Source: Flavobacteriales bacterium
GTDB taxonomy: Bacteria > Bacteroidota > Bacteroidia > Flavobacteriales_C > GCA-002722245
Assembly: GCA_045561495.1 (NCBI GenBank)
Contig: JBJKXR010000004.1
Coordinates: forward strand, 1 to 59,024
Reading direction: 5' to 3'
Length of the DNA stretch: 59,024 bases
Shown: piece by piece, positions 1-9,026 of the stretch
Layout: each line of letters starts with the position of its first letter
How positions within the stretch are numbered: the first letter of the stretch is position 1
The notes under the pieces: model-generated
Databases searched by the model: none
What the model was told of the DNA's origin: nothing
What the model saw: the letters and a program-made list of their open reading frames with translations, nothing else
Program-made: the position numbers and the translations under genes

Positions 1-195
1 GTTTTCGTCAAGCTATTTTGAATTCTAGATCCGAAATTGATATTTGTAAAAATTGCACAGAAGGCACTAAGGTTTGGGGAGATAAAACAGCTACTTAATT
101 CTTAGTGGGAATTTATATTCAACATTTAAGGTTTAACTCTTCAAAAACTTAGTGTTTTGGCATGAAATTTGGTGCTAAAATCAAAACCAAGCAGA

Positions 196-822
196 ATGAA
201 GTTATTGCACAGTTTAGTATTGATTTTTATCATCAATTTATCGCTAAATGGCCAGGTTAATCAATTGCCGCCATTGCTTACTTTTACCCAAACGGAAACA
301 ATTAGTATTCAACCTAATGTGGCTGTTGTGTGTTTTGAATTGAGAAAAGAATTTACTCAGGTAGGAAATAATAGGTTGATTGATATTTTCACAGAGCTTG
401 AAATAAGTTCGAAGCTTTTTGGCGTTGATAGTCGAGAAATTAAACTTTTCCCAACAATACAAGATTCAATTGGCTTTGTTAAAAAAGGGATTATTACTTT
501 AAATGATTTGGATAAATTAGATGCACTTCACTTGTCGCTAAGACAAAGAAACGTAGTTGTTGTTTATACTCATCTTACTCATTCAAATTTAAATTATTTC
601 AAACAGAAGGCTTATTTGTCTGGGATTAAAAACGCAAAAATTCAAGCTCTAGAATTATCAAAAATGCTTAATGCTGGTTTAGGTAAAGTGTATTCAATTA
701 ATGAGTCTAATTTACAAGTTGTCAATAATACAAAATCTGCGGTTTCTCCTAATAATTATATTTACAATCTTGCAGAGATTAATTTGGTTTTAGAGCTTGA
801 GGTTTCCTATTTACTGAATTGA
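196..822 (+). CDS. Secreted SIMPL/DUF541-like protein
   Basis: Tracked ORF 169..822 starts at TTG. The first ATG at 196 gives a signal-like MKLLHSLVLIFIINLSLNG. The C-terminal KQKAYLSGIKNAKIQALELSKMLNAGLGKVYSINE resembles the SIMPL-family tail. Confidence 0.55.
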   Translation: MKLLHSLVLIFIINLSLNGQVNQLPPLLTFTQTETISIQPNVAVVCFELRKEFTQVGNNRLIDIFTELEISSKLFGVDSREIKLFPTIQDSIGFVKKGIITLNDLDKLDALHLSLRQRNVVVVYTHLTHSNLNYFKQKAYLSGIKNAKIQALELSKMLNAGLGKVYSINESNLQVVNNTKSAVSPNNYIYNLAEINLVLELEVSYLLN

Positions 823-835
823 ATGAGTTTTGGAT

Positions 836-1490
836 TTAAATTAAATCTATAAGACCTAATTCACCTGTTGATTTGGGTATTTTATAATTCTGTATACCAA
901 ATTTTTTTAATTCTTTTTCAGTAGTAGGTCCAATTGAGACGATACTTTGTCCTTCTTTTAATTCTAACCTAGAGAAATAGGCCCTCACATTGGATGGGCT
1001 TGTAAATATTAGAACGTCGGCTTTTGGGTCTTGAAAGTTATTTTTTTCAATTGTTTTGTAAACAACTAAATCATATGTATTCTCCTGATTCGAGAAATAT
1101 TTTTGAATAGTCCCTTTTGGAGATGTTGGAAACCGGAAAAAGACAAGTGCCATCATTGACTTCTTTTACAAATGCTTTACCAACGTCATTTATGTTAACA
1201 GAGTCACCAATAAAATCAATTTTGGAAACATGTTTCATAAGTTCTCTGTGCGTTCCTCGTCCAACGCAGGCTATTTTTCGATTGTTAAGATGAAGTTTTT
1301 GTTTAAAAAAGAAGCGTACGGAGTTTTTACTTGTAAAAAAAATCCAGTTTGTTTTTGGAACATTTTTAACGTGGTTAATTTCAAAAAGAATTAAAGATTC
1401 CGCAACTATGGTATATTCTTTTGGAATACATTTTGATTTAAAAAAGCTGTTTTTATCAAGGCTTTTTGAAACAAAAACCCTTTTGGAAAT
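836..1490 (-). pseudogene. hemD: Uroporphyrinogen-III synthase (hemD), frame-disrupted and lacking a canonical start
   Basis: The N-terminal half is open in one minus frame from 1490 to about 1115 (KRVFVSKSLDKNSFF..WIFFTSKNSVRFFF..IACVGRGTHREL..DGTCLFPVSNISK). The C-terminal half is tracked ORF 836..1156 (KGTIQKYF..DLVVYKT..LIFTSPSNVRAYF..GPTTEKELKKFG). The frames meet at the T4 run 1115..1118. The only start candidate is ATT, overlapping the hemC stop. Confidence 0.7.
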
Positions 1491-2380
1491 TAGTTTTTTT
1501 TTAAGGCGCTAACAATTGAGTCAGCTGCATCGTTTTCAGATCTAAAACTGGATTGAACTCTTTTCAAAGAGCCATCTTTTTGTCCTAAAGCAGCCCAGAC
1601 TTCATATTTCCCATTAATTTTCTCTGCGTAAACTCCCAGGGGTAGTTGGCATCCTCCATTTAGTTTGTTTAAAACGCCTCTTTCAATATCAATGATAGAT
1701 TTTATTGCTGGATTATTGATTTTAGAAACGTATTTTTTAGTTTCTTCATCGTTAGATCGAGTTTGTAAACCCAATACTCCTTGGGCTGGAGCAGGAACAA
1801 AATCTTGTGGTTTTAAAATTTCTACTTGAAATTCTGATAAATCAATTTTTAATCGAGAAACTCCAGCATTGGCTAAAACAATAGCGTCATAATTTCCATC
1901 GCGAAGCTTATCAATTCTTGTTGGAACATTTCCTCTTAAATCCGTTATGTTTAAATCCGAACGAAAGGCACTCAAAATGGCTTTTCTTCTTACGGATGAG
2001 GTTCCAACTATTGCGTTTTCTTTTAACATTAACTGTTTTGTTGGGTCATAAGCATGTTTTTTTATTAATAGGATATCTGATGGGTCTTCTCTATCTGAAA
2101 CTGCAACAATTTCTAATCCATCGGGTTGGTTTGTTTCAAGGTCCTTAAGAGAGTGGACAGCAAGGTCAATAGATTCATCTAATAGGGCATCTTCAATTTC
2201 TTTAGTAAAAAACCCTTTGCCTTCTAATTTATCAAAACTAAGGTGTTGGATTTTATCCCCTTGAGTTTTAATGATATGAATTTCTACTTCACAACCTAAG
2301 TTTTCTAACTTGTTTTTTACAAAGTTGGCTTGCCATAATGCTAAATCACTACCTCTCGTTCCTATTTTAATTAATGCCAT
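1490..2380 (-). CDS. hemC: Porphobilinogen deaminase (hydroxymethylbilane synthase)
   Basis: 296-aa ORF with ATG start. MALIKIGTRGSDLALWQA, AVHSLKDL and GTSSVRRKAIL are classic HemC motifs. hemD lies directly downstream. Confidence 0.93.
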   Translation of the reverse strand: MALIKIGTRGSDLALWQANFVKNKLENLGCEVEIHIIKTQGDKIQHLSFDKLEGKGFFTKEIEDALLDESIDLAVHSLKDLETNQPDGLEIVAVSDREDPSDILLIKKHAYDPTKQLMLKENAIVGTSSVRRKAILSAFRSDLNITDLRGNVPTRIDKLRDGNYDAIVLANAGVSRLKIDLSEFQVEILKPQDFVPAPAQGVLGLQTRSNDEETKKYVSKINNPAIKSIIDIERGVLNKLNGGCQLPLGVYAEKINGKYEVWAALGQKDGSLKRVQSSFRSENDAADSIVSALKKN

Positions 2381-2415
2381 ATTACTAATTTAGGGTAAAG
2401 CAGTTAAGATTTCAT

Positions 2416-2423
2416 CAAATATA
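2416..2423 (-). promoter_or_regulatory. Candidate Bacteroidota -7 promoter box (TATATTTG on minus strand) for hemC
   Basis: CAAATATA on the plus strand matches the reverse complement of TAnnTTTG, 35 nt upstream of the hemC ATG. Confidence 0.35.
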
Positions 2424-2487
2424 ATTATGTTTTTAAATCATAGTATAAATTTCCTATATTATAACCAGTGTTTAGAAGATTTAATTT

Positions 2488-2943
2488 ATGTTTGGTTTAA
2501 TGTTTAAATGGGGATTAAAAAGAATCTTGTTTTTTGTAGGGTTACTGCTTTTCTTTTCATTTGCAATGAACTCTGATCAAAATAATTATGGCATTACCAT
2601 AAAGAAAACCATTAAAAAGGTTGGAAATCATCTATATCAAGTCGCCATTGAATTTCGTAATCGGGATTTAGTGAATGGAATTGCTAAGTACGAGGCTAAA
2701 CTTCCCCTTTCAGCAGATTTTGTTAACGAAGTAAGTAAGGATAAAACTGTAAATTTTAAAGTGGATAAAAGAAAAATAAAAATTATTTGGATGCATCTCA
2801 GAAATAATAAATCATATTCTACAGTCTTTCAAATTAAGTCTCATCGCTCAATGAAAAAATTAAAGATGTTGGGTGATTTTCATGGCCATAAAAATGGCCA
2901 ACAATTTACGCTAAAAGATACAACCTCTTTTATAATGCAATAA
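2488..2943 (+). CDS. Hypothetical membrane-anchored or secreted protein
   Basis: 151-aa ORF with ATG start and a hydrophobic N-terminus (ILFFVGLLLFFSFAM). No family recognised. Confidence 0.6.
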   Translation: MFGLMFKWGLKRILFFVGLLLFFSFAMNSDQNNYGITIKKTIKKVGNHLYQVAIEFRNRDLVNGIAKYEAKLPLSADFVNEVSKDKTVNFKVDKRKIKIIWMHLRNNKSYSTVFQIKSHRSMKKLKMLGDFHGHKNGQQFTLKDTTSFIMQ

Positions 2944-2955
2944 ATTTCAAACTCT

Positions 2956-4341
2956 TTAGTTTTGTTGAATCACTATTAGTTTTTGTTTAAGCATTTCTTT
3001 CACAGAATATTCAATTCCGCCAAGCCCTTCACCACTTAGGCCTTGTCCACCAAAAGGCATCCAGTCTACTCGAAATGCTGGATGCGTATTAACCATAACT
3101 GCAGCACCATTTAATTTTTGGGTAAATTCTAATGCAGAGTTAATAGTGCTGGTATAAGCGGCTGATTGGAAAATATAGGGAGAATTGTTTGCTAAATTTA
3201 TGGCATCTTCTGTTTCTTTATATGAATAAATGCAAATTACTGGACCAAATATTTCTTCCTTACTTACTAAGCTTTCATGATTGGGGTTTAAGAGCACGGT
3301 AGGTTCGTAACAATTATTTTGAAGTTTATTGCCGCCGCAAATTAGATTGGCTCCCTCATTTATGGCAAGTTGGACCCAATTATCAATTCTGTCCAGTGCT
3401 AATTTTGAAATTAAAGGGCCAATGAGTGTGTTCTTATTTAATGGATTTCCTATTTTTTGTACTTGAGCTTGAAGGTTTAATTGAGAAATAAATGCGTCTA
3501 AAATATCTTCATGAACATATATTCTTTGAGCTGAAACACAAACTTGCCCAGCATGGTAAAATCCTGCTTTTGCAATTTGAGGAACTGCTTTACTTAAGTT
3601 AGCATCTTTCTCTACGATAACTGGGGCATTCCCTCCGTGCTCTAAACCGATTTTAACACCAGGCGCCATATTTTGTTTTATGGACCAACCAACTTCACTT
3701 GAGCCTATAAATGAAATATAGCCGATTAAATTACTTTTTGCTATTTCGGCAGTTGTTTCATTACTACATAAAAGGTATGTGCACCATTCTTTAGGTAATT
3801 CTGATTCATAAATTAGTTCAATTATTTTTTGACTCACTAATGGAGTAGATAATGCTGGTTTATAAAGAACCGGACATCCTGCAGCTAAACAGGGAACAAT
3901 TTGATGAATGGCTAAATTGATTGGGTGGTTAAATGCACTTATTGAAAACACAACTCCTATTGGTTTTTTTTGAGTGTAGGCGAGTTTATTTTTACTTGCA
4001 GAATTCAAATTCATAGGAATCATTTCTCCGTTGATATTTCGAATGGCATGAATGCCTAATTTAATTCCTTCTAATGCACGGTCCATTTCAATTTTTGTAT
4101 CCTGAATTGGTTTCCCGCCTTCCATTGCGCTTAATTCAATAAGTTCATGGTTGTTTTTTTTAAGCAAATGGTATAGATTTTCAAGAACTTGAATCCTTTG
4201 CTCTTTTGGTAATCCATTTGGGTTTTCTTGATGAAGTTTATGGGCTTTACTTAGTTTTTCTAGGGCTTCTTCTTTAGAAATTATTTTTAGTGTTGAAAGA
4301 GTATCAGAGGTAAATGGATTGATTATATTCAAGTTTGTCAT
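2956..4341 (-). CDS. Aldehyde dehydrogenase family protein
   Basis: 461-aa ORF. LEHGGNAP (ELGG-like) and catalytic-Cys context GQVCVSAQR; EEIFGPV motif. Confidence 0.88.
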   Translation of the reverse strand: MTNLNIINPFTSDTLSTLKIISKEEALEKLSKAHKLHQENPNGLPKEQRIQVLENLYHLLKKNNHELIELSAMEGGKPIQDTKIEMDRALEGIKLGIHAIRNINGEMIPMNLNSASKNKLAYTQKKPIGVVFSISAFNHPINLAIHQIVPCLAAGCPVLYKPALSTPLVSQKIIELIYESELPKEWCTYLLCSNETTAEIAKSNLIGYISFIGSSEVGWSIKQNMAPGVKIGLEHGGNAPVIVEKDANLSKAVPQIAKAGFYHAGQVCVSAQRIYVHEDILDAFISQLNLQAQVQKIGNPLNKNTLIGPLISKLALDRIDNWVQLAINEGANLICGGNKLQNNCYEPTVLLNPNHESLVSKEEIFGPVICIYSYKETEDAINLANNSPYIFQSAAYTSTINSALEFTQKLNGAAVMVNTHPAFRVDWMPFGGQGLSGEGLGGIEYSVKEMLKQKLIVIQQN

Positions 4342-4404
4342 GCTTTAAAATTAAGCAAAGACAATGACCCTTTTAATCAGTTTGTTTAAAAAAATAAAAT
4401 TAAT

Positions 4405-5772
4405 TTATGCAAAAAGATTTTGGAAAACTTGTTCAATTTTTTTCGCTTTGAAAATAGTTATTCCATTTTGGTTTTTTAGTGCGCTAAAATCATTGTATTC
4501 TGAGACGTATATTTTTTCGAAACCTAGTTTTTGTGCTTCAGCAATTCGAGCTGAAATCTTTTGAACGGGTCTTACCTCTCCAGATAATCCAACCTCTCCA
4601 GCAAAGCAGACCTTGCTTGATATAGAAATGTCTTCTCTGCTGGATACAATAGCAGCTAGTATGGCCAAATCAGATGCAGGGTCTTCAATTTTTATTCCCC
4701 CAGTTATATTCAAGAATATATCTTCCAGACCTACCTTAAAACCGCATTTCTTTTCAAGAACAGCAAGGAGCATATTCATTCTTCTCGAATCAAAACCTGT
4801 TGTTGAGCGCTGAGGAGTTCCATAAGCTGCTCTTGAAACGAGAGCTTGTGTTTCAATCATGAGTGGCCTAGCGCCTTCTAAATTAGCAGTTATGGCTATT
4901 CCGCTTAAATCTTCTTCTCGTGCTGATATGAGTATTTTTGAAGGGTCATTTACGGGTTTTAGCCCTGATTCTAACATTTCATATATCCCTAGTTCATTCG
5001 TGGATCCAAATCTATTTTTTATACTTCTTACAATTCTATAGAAATGATTTCGGTCTCCTTCAAATTGAAGAACGGTATCTACCATATGTTCCAGAACCTT
5101 AGGGCCAGCCAAACTGCCTTCTTTATTGATGTGCCCTATTATAAATGTAGGTAAAGCTAAACTTTTTGAAAATGCTAAAATCTCAAACGTACATTCCCTA
5201 ATTTGTGAGACGGTTCCTGGCGCGGAATCTAACTTATCGGAGTGAAGTGTTTGAATGGAATCGATAATTAGTATGTCAGGCTGAATGTTTTCGGCTGCTT
5301 TTTTAATTATTGAAGTATCTGTTTCAGTAAGAATAAAAATATTGTTTGAAATTTCTGATTGTACTCTATCTGCTCTAGTTTTTATTTGTTCGTCACTCTC
5401 TTCTCCTGATACATAAAGGACTTTAAATTGTGGATTTGATAATGCCACTTGGAGCATTAAGGTTGATTTTCCAATTCCTGGTTCTCCACCAAATAGAATT
5501 AATGAGCCAGGAATTGCTCCACCACCTAAAACACGATTTAATTCACAATCCGAAAAAACTAGTCTTTTTTGAGTGAGTGGTTCTACCTCATTTAGTGATT
5601 TCGCTTTTTTAGCTATTCGTGAACTTTTTGAAGAATCAGATAGTGTAGATGAAGTTGAAATAATTTCCTCTATGAATGAATTCCAAGAACTACATTGAGG
5701 ACACTTACCTAACCATTTGGCTGATTGATTACCACAACTTTGACAAACAAATGTTGTTTTTTTTTTGGCCAA
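4405..5772 (-). CDS. radA: DNA repair protein RadA/Sms
   Basis: 455 aa. N-terminal zinc ribbon (CQSCGNQSAKWLGKCPQC), Walker A GEPGIGKST, KNRFG motif and a Lon-like C-terminus. The start codon is TTG, giving the (M)AKKKTTF N-terminus. Confidence 0.93.
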   Translation of the reverse strand: MAKKKTTFVCQSCGNQSAKWLGKCPQCSSWNSFIEEIISTSSTLSDSSKSSRIAKKAKSLNEVEPLTQKRLVFSDCELNRVLGGGAIPGSLILFGGEPGIGKSTLMLQVALSNPQFKVLYVSGEESDEQIKTRADRVQSEISNNIFILTETDTSIIKKAAENIQPDILIIDSIQTLHSDKLDSAPGTVSQIRECTFEILAFSKSLALPTFIIGHINKEGSLAGPKVLEHMVDTVLQFEGDRNHFYRIVRSIKNRFGSTNELGIYEMLESGLKPVNDPSKILISAREEDLSGIAITANLEGARPLMIETQALVSRAAYGTPQRSTTGFDSRRMNMLLAVLEKKCGFKVGLEDIFLNITGGIKIEDPASDLAILAAIVSSREDISISSKVCFAGEVGLSGEVRPVQKISARIAEAQKLGFEKIYVSEYNDFSALKNQNGITIFKAKKIEQVFQNLFA

Positions 5773-5774
5773 GT

Positions 5775-6182
5775 TTAGTCTTTTATTGCCTTTTCAAACT
5801 CATACCATTCAGAACCATTGCCCGTCTCTAAACGAATCGTTAGGTAAGATTGAGAAATTGCTTGAATCTCCCAATCTCCTTCATATACCATTTGGTTACA
5901 ATATTGTTGTTCTAATGCTATAGAGAGGACGCCATTTTTAAGTACATAAGGGCCATAATTACAGGTGTCCAATTCACCAGTCAAAATCTCGTTATCATTT
6001 CCATCAGTTGACATCATGTAGACTTTACTTTCCTTGAAATACCATCTGTAGTCAATGCCATCAACAGGTTTTGTAAGTAATATCCATTCACCAAGTAAAT
6101 ACTCTTTATTTTGCTTGCTACAAGAAACCAATACTATTGAACTAACAAATCCAATTAATGCTATGTAAATGTATTTTTTCAT
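5775..6182 (-). CDS. Hypothetical lipoprotein
   Basis: Tracked ORF 5775..6215. The internal ATG at 6182 gives MKKYIYIALIGFVSSIVLVSCSK, a lipobox-like signal with Cys. Confidence 0.65.
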   Translation of the reverse strand: MKKYIYIALIGFVSSIVLVSCSKQNKEYLLGEWILLTKPVDGIDYRWYFKESKVYMMSTDGNDNEILTGELDTCNYGPYVLKNGVLSIALEQQYCNQMVYEGDWEIQAISQSYLTIRLETGNGSEWYEFEKAIKD

Positions 6183-6216
6183 GATCCCGTAATTAAAATG
6201 TGAATATACAAACAAT

Positions 6217-6717
6217 TTAACTTTTACTAAAACTTTGAATCTTAGTTACAATCTTACTCGTTGAATAACCAGGAAGAAATGGAATAATCTCAACTTGACC
6301 TCCGTAATTTTTCACTTCTTCTGCTCCAACAATTGTTTCAAATGTGTAATCTCCCCCCTTTACCAATATATTAGGTTTTAGGCTCTGAATTAAATTAAGC
6401 GGAGTGTCTTCATTAAAAACTACTATTAAATCAATGCATTCAAAGCCAGCTAATAGTTTAGATCGAGATTGCGTTGAATTAACGGGTCTTGAAGGACCTT
6501 TTAATTTTTTCACAGAGTTTGATGAGTTGACTCCAACTATTAATTTACTCCCTAAATCTTTCGCTTTGCATAAGTAATCAAGGTGCCCTAAATGTAAAAT
6601 ATCGAAGCAACCATTTGTAAACACAATGGTCTCATTTTTTGAAATCCAATCTTGAACAGTATTTTTTCCTTGTTCAATAGTTTGAATTTTTTTTTCAATT
6701 TTTTTTAGGCTCGACAA
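6217..6717 (-). CDS. D-glycero-beta-D-manno-heptose 1-phosphate adenylyltransferase-like cytidylyltransferase (RfaE domain II type)
   Basis: 166 aa. FTNGCFDILHLGHLDYL nucleotidyltransferase HxGH motif. TTG start directly abuts the panD stop. Confidence 0.8.
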   Translation of the reverse strand: MSSLKKIEKKIQTIEQGKNTVQDWISKNETIVFTNGCFDILHLGHLDYLCKAKDLGSKLIVGVNSSNSVKKLKGPSRPVNSTQSRSKLLAGFECIDLIVVFNEDTPLNLIQSLKPNILVKGGDYTFETIVGAEEVKNYGGQVEIIPFLPGYSTSKIVTKIQSFSKS

Positions 6718-7068
6718 TTACTTTAGTTTATTGGTAGACGTATTCGGAAATACAATGGTTGGCTTAAATTGTTTCGCTTTTTCAAAATCCATTTGAGCAT
6801 AGGCAATAATGATAATGATATCTCCAACAGCTACTCTTCTGGCAGCAGGACCATTTAAACATACGTTTCCTGAACCTCTTTCTCCTTTAATTACATAGGT
6901 TTCTAAACGTTCACCATTATTAATATTAACAATTTGCACTTTTTCACCTTCGATAACATTTCCAGCTTCCATGATGTCCTCATCAATGGTCACGCTTCCA
7001 ATGTAGTTTAAATCTGCTTCAGTAACAGTTACTCTGTGAATTTTGGATTTTAGAACCTCAACTAACAT
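6718..7068 (-). CDS. panD: Aspartate 1-decarboxylase
   Basis: 116 aa. [36 protein letters not shown] contains the Gly-Ser self-cleavage site context. Confidence 0.93.
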   Translation of the reverse strand: MLVEVLKSKIHRVTVTEADLNYIGSVTIDEDIMEAGNVIEGEKVQIVNINNGERLETYVIKGERGSGNVCLNGPAARRVAVGDIIIIIAYAQMDFEKAKQFKPTIVFPNTSTNKLK

Positions 7069-7072
7069 CCTG

Positions 7073-7080
7073 CAAAATTA
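7073..7080 (-). promoter_or_regulatory. Candidate -7 promoter box (TAATTTTG on minus strand) only 4 nt from the panD ATG
   Basis: CAAAATTA on the plus strand is the reverse complement of TAnnTTTG. It ends 4 nt before the panD start codon. Confidence 0.35.
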
Positions 7081-7152
7081 CAACTATTTGTTAAATAATT
7101 TAGTGACTCTTTTCTTTACTCAATTATAATATTATTGAATACATCAAAAAGG

Positions 7153-7183
7153 TTGAAAAACAAAAGGAGCTCTCGAGAGCTCC
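7153..7183 (-). terminator. Rho-independent terminator downstream of tRNA-Cys
   Basis: Perfect 18-nt palindrome GGAGCTCTCGAGAGCTCC (7166..7183), followed on the minus strand by TTTTGTTTTT. Confidence 0.7.
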
Positions 7184-7191
7184 TTTTATTG

Positions 7192-7262
7192 AGGTTGCGG
7201 ACGGAATCGAACCGCCGTAGCAGGTTTTGCAGACCTGTGCCTAGCCACTCGGCCACGCAACC
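7192..7262 (-). tRNA. tRNA-Cys (anticodon GCA)
   Basis: The 71-nt reverse complement is GGTTGCGTGGCCGAGTGGCTAGGCACAGGTCTGCAAAACCTGCTACGGCGGTTCGATTCCGTCCGCAACCT. It folds by hand into a cloverleaf with a 7-bp acceptor stem, anticodon stem CAGGT/ACCTG, loop CTGCAAA and T-loop TTCGATT. No CCA is encoded. Confidence 0.92.
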
Positions 7263-7280
7263 TTTTATATTTAAGAGATA

Positions 7281-7288
7281 CAAATATA
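7281..7288 (-). promoter_or_regulatory. Candidate -7 promoter box (TATATTTG on minus strand) for tRNA-Cys
   Basis: CAAATATA on the plus strand, 18 nt upstream of the tRNA 5' end. Confidence 0.4.
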
Positions 7289-7509
7289 CTATAAACCTTG
7301 GTTTAATAAAAACGAAGATTTACTTATTGTTTGAATTACACATTGTTTAGTCACAAGCATGTTAATGCTGGATTTATTTGAGTATATTTTTCGGTAAAGC
7401 ATACTTTAAAAGAATATTCCTATCTGTTGATAAACTTTTTTGAAAAAGATATCAACAAACAATTCATATCAAATGCTTATTTTTACCTAGATTAATTCTA
7501 AATAAGTAC

Positions 7510-8610
7510 ATGATTCCAAGTAAAGAAAAAGTTTTAGAAGCATTGACTTCTGTTCAGGAGCCAGATTTAAAAAAGAATATTGTAGAGTTAAATTTGGTTG
7601 AAGATGTTGTTTGTGAGGAGGGGTTACTTACTTTTTTAGTAAAGGTTCACAATCCAGCAATGCATAGCCGAAAAAAAATGGAAGAGGCATGCGAGTTTGC
7701 AATCCACCGGTTTATTTCCAAGGAGATTAATGTTGTTGTAAAGGTAGTTCCGTTGCCCTTAGATCGTGACCCCGATCAACGAAAAATACTTCCTGGTGTG
7801 AAAAATATTATTGCAGTATCATCAGGTAAAGGTGGAGTTGGAAAATCAACAATTACTTCAAATTTAGCGGTTGGACTGGCTGAACTTGGATACAGTGTTG
7901 GTTTAGTTGATGCTGATATTTATGGGCCTAGTATGCCATTAATGTTTGATGTTGCTAATGAAAAGCCATCTACAGTTGATGTTGAAGGTAAAAATTATAT
8001 TAAACCTATAGAGAGTTATGGGGTTAAACTATTGTCTATTGGGTTTTTTGCCGACGCAAATCAAGCAATTGTATGGAGAGGTCCAATGGCCAGTAAAGCA
8101 TTGCGTCAGATGTTTATGGATACCTATTGGGGTAATTTGGATTATTTATTGATTGATTTACCTCCAGGAACAGGGGATATTCATTTGAGTTTAGTTCAAA
8201 CCGTCCCTGTTACAGGAGCAGTTGTGGTTTCTACTCCTCAGGGAATTGCTTTAGCAGATGCTAAGAAAGGAGTTGGGATGTTCCAATTGGAAAATATAAA
8301 TGTTCCAGTACTTGGCATCGTTGAGAACATGGCTTATTTCACTCCAGCGGAGCTGCCTGATAGCAAGTACTACATATTTGGAAAAGAGGGTGGTACTCAA
8401 TTGGCAGAGCAGCTAGGAGTGAAATTGCTTGGGCAAATTCCTCTTGTTCAAAGTATCTGTGAAGCGGGCGAAGCTGGAAGGCCTGCTATTTTGCAAGAAA
8501 CTACCCCGCAGGCAATTGCGTTAAAGGAATTGGTTATTGAGGTGGATAAAGCTACTGAAAATAGGAATAGAACACTTGGACCAACAAAGTTGGTTAAGTT
8601 AAATAATTAA
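7510..8610 (+). CDS. apbC: Fe-S cluster carrier ATPase Mrp/ApbC (DUF59 N-domain plus ParA-like ATPase)
   Basis: 366 aa. Deviant Walker A SGKGGVGKST, and CEAG near the C-terminus. Confidence 0.9.
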   Translation: MIPSKEKVLEALTSVQEPDLKKNIVELNLVEDVVCEEGLLTFLVKVHNPAMHSRKKMEEACEFAIHRFISKEINVVVKVVPLPLDRDPDQRKILPGVKNIIAVSSGKGGVGKSTITSNLAVGLAELGYSVGLVDADIYGPSMPLMFDVANEKPSTVDVEGKNYIKPIESYGVKLLSIGFFADANQAIVWRGPMASKALRQMFMDTYWGNLDYLLIDLPPGTGDIHLSLVQTVPVTGAVVVSTPQGIALADAKKGVGMFQLENINVPVLGIVENMAYFTPAELPDSKYYIFGKEGGTQLAEQLGVKLLGQIPLVQSICEAGEAGRPAILQETTPQAIALKELVIEVDKATENRNRTLGPTKLVKLNN

Positions 8611-8624
8611 CACAATTTAAATCG

Positions 8625-8876
8625 ATGAATAAACAGGAAATATTGTCCAAAGTTGAAGTTGGTTTGGGAAAAGTTCGCCCATTTTTGCATTCAGATGGCG
8701 GAGATGTCAAAATTGTTGAGTTATCGGAAGATGGAGTTTTGAAATTGGAGTTTGTTGGGAGTTGCAGTTCCTGCTCTATGAGTAACATGACGTTTACGTC
8801 TGGAATTGAAGAAAATATTTTAAGAGAAGCTCCAGAGATAAAGTCAATTATTGTTGTCAATTTGACCCCAAACTAA
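8625..8876 (+). CDS. NifU-like (Nfu) Fe-S scaffold domain protein
   Basis: 83 aa. VRPFLHSDGGDV and the CxxC motif GSCSSCSMS. Adjacent to mrp. Confidence 0.85.
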   Translation: MNKQEILSKVEVGLGKVRPFLHSDGGDVKIVELSEDGVLKLEFVGSCSSCSMSNMTFTSGIEENILREAPEIKSIIVVNLTPN

Positions 8877-8925
8877 AAAATGATTTAAAAATGCCCTAAA
8901 TCTTCTATAATTAGGGGATTAGTGT

Positions 8926-8933
8926 TATTTTTG
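8926..8933 (+). promoter_or_regulatory. Candidate -7 promoter box TATTTTTG upstream of korA
   Basis: Exact TAnnTTTG match in the 150-bp spacer before korA. Confidence 0.35.
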
Positions 8934-9026
8934 CACATTCAAAAATTGAGAAAATACGTAATTCTTTGAATTACAATAATAAATATTGAGGTGTATTCTG
9001 CATTCAGAACCCTCCTTACAGGTAAT

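Noticed and set aside
3-98. Frame open from the window edge (FRQAILNSRSEIDICKNCTEGTKVWGDKTAT, then stop)
   Set aside because: It is probably the 3' end of an upstream gene, but 31 codons with no recognisable motif are too few to call.
7166-7183. Perfect palindrome GGAGCTCTCGAGAGCTCC containing SacI-like and XhoI-like sites, which looks like a synthetic linker
   Set aside because: It is flanked by A4 and T-runs and sits immediately 3' of tRNA-Cys, so it is fully explained as a natural terminator hairpin. There is no other sign of engineered sequence.
7192-7509. tRNA-Cys with about 250 bp of non-coding flank, as a possible integration hotspot
   Set aside because: There is no integrase and no duplicated tRNA 3' segment, and the neighbours are housekeeping genes (panD and mrp).
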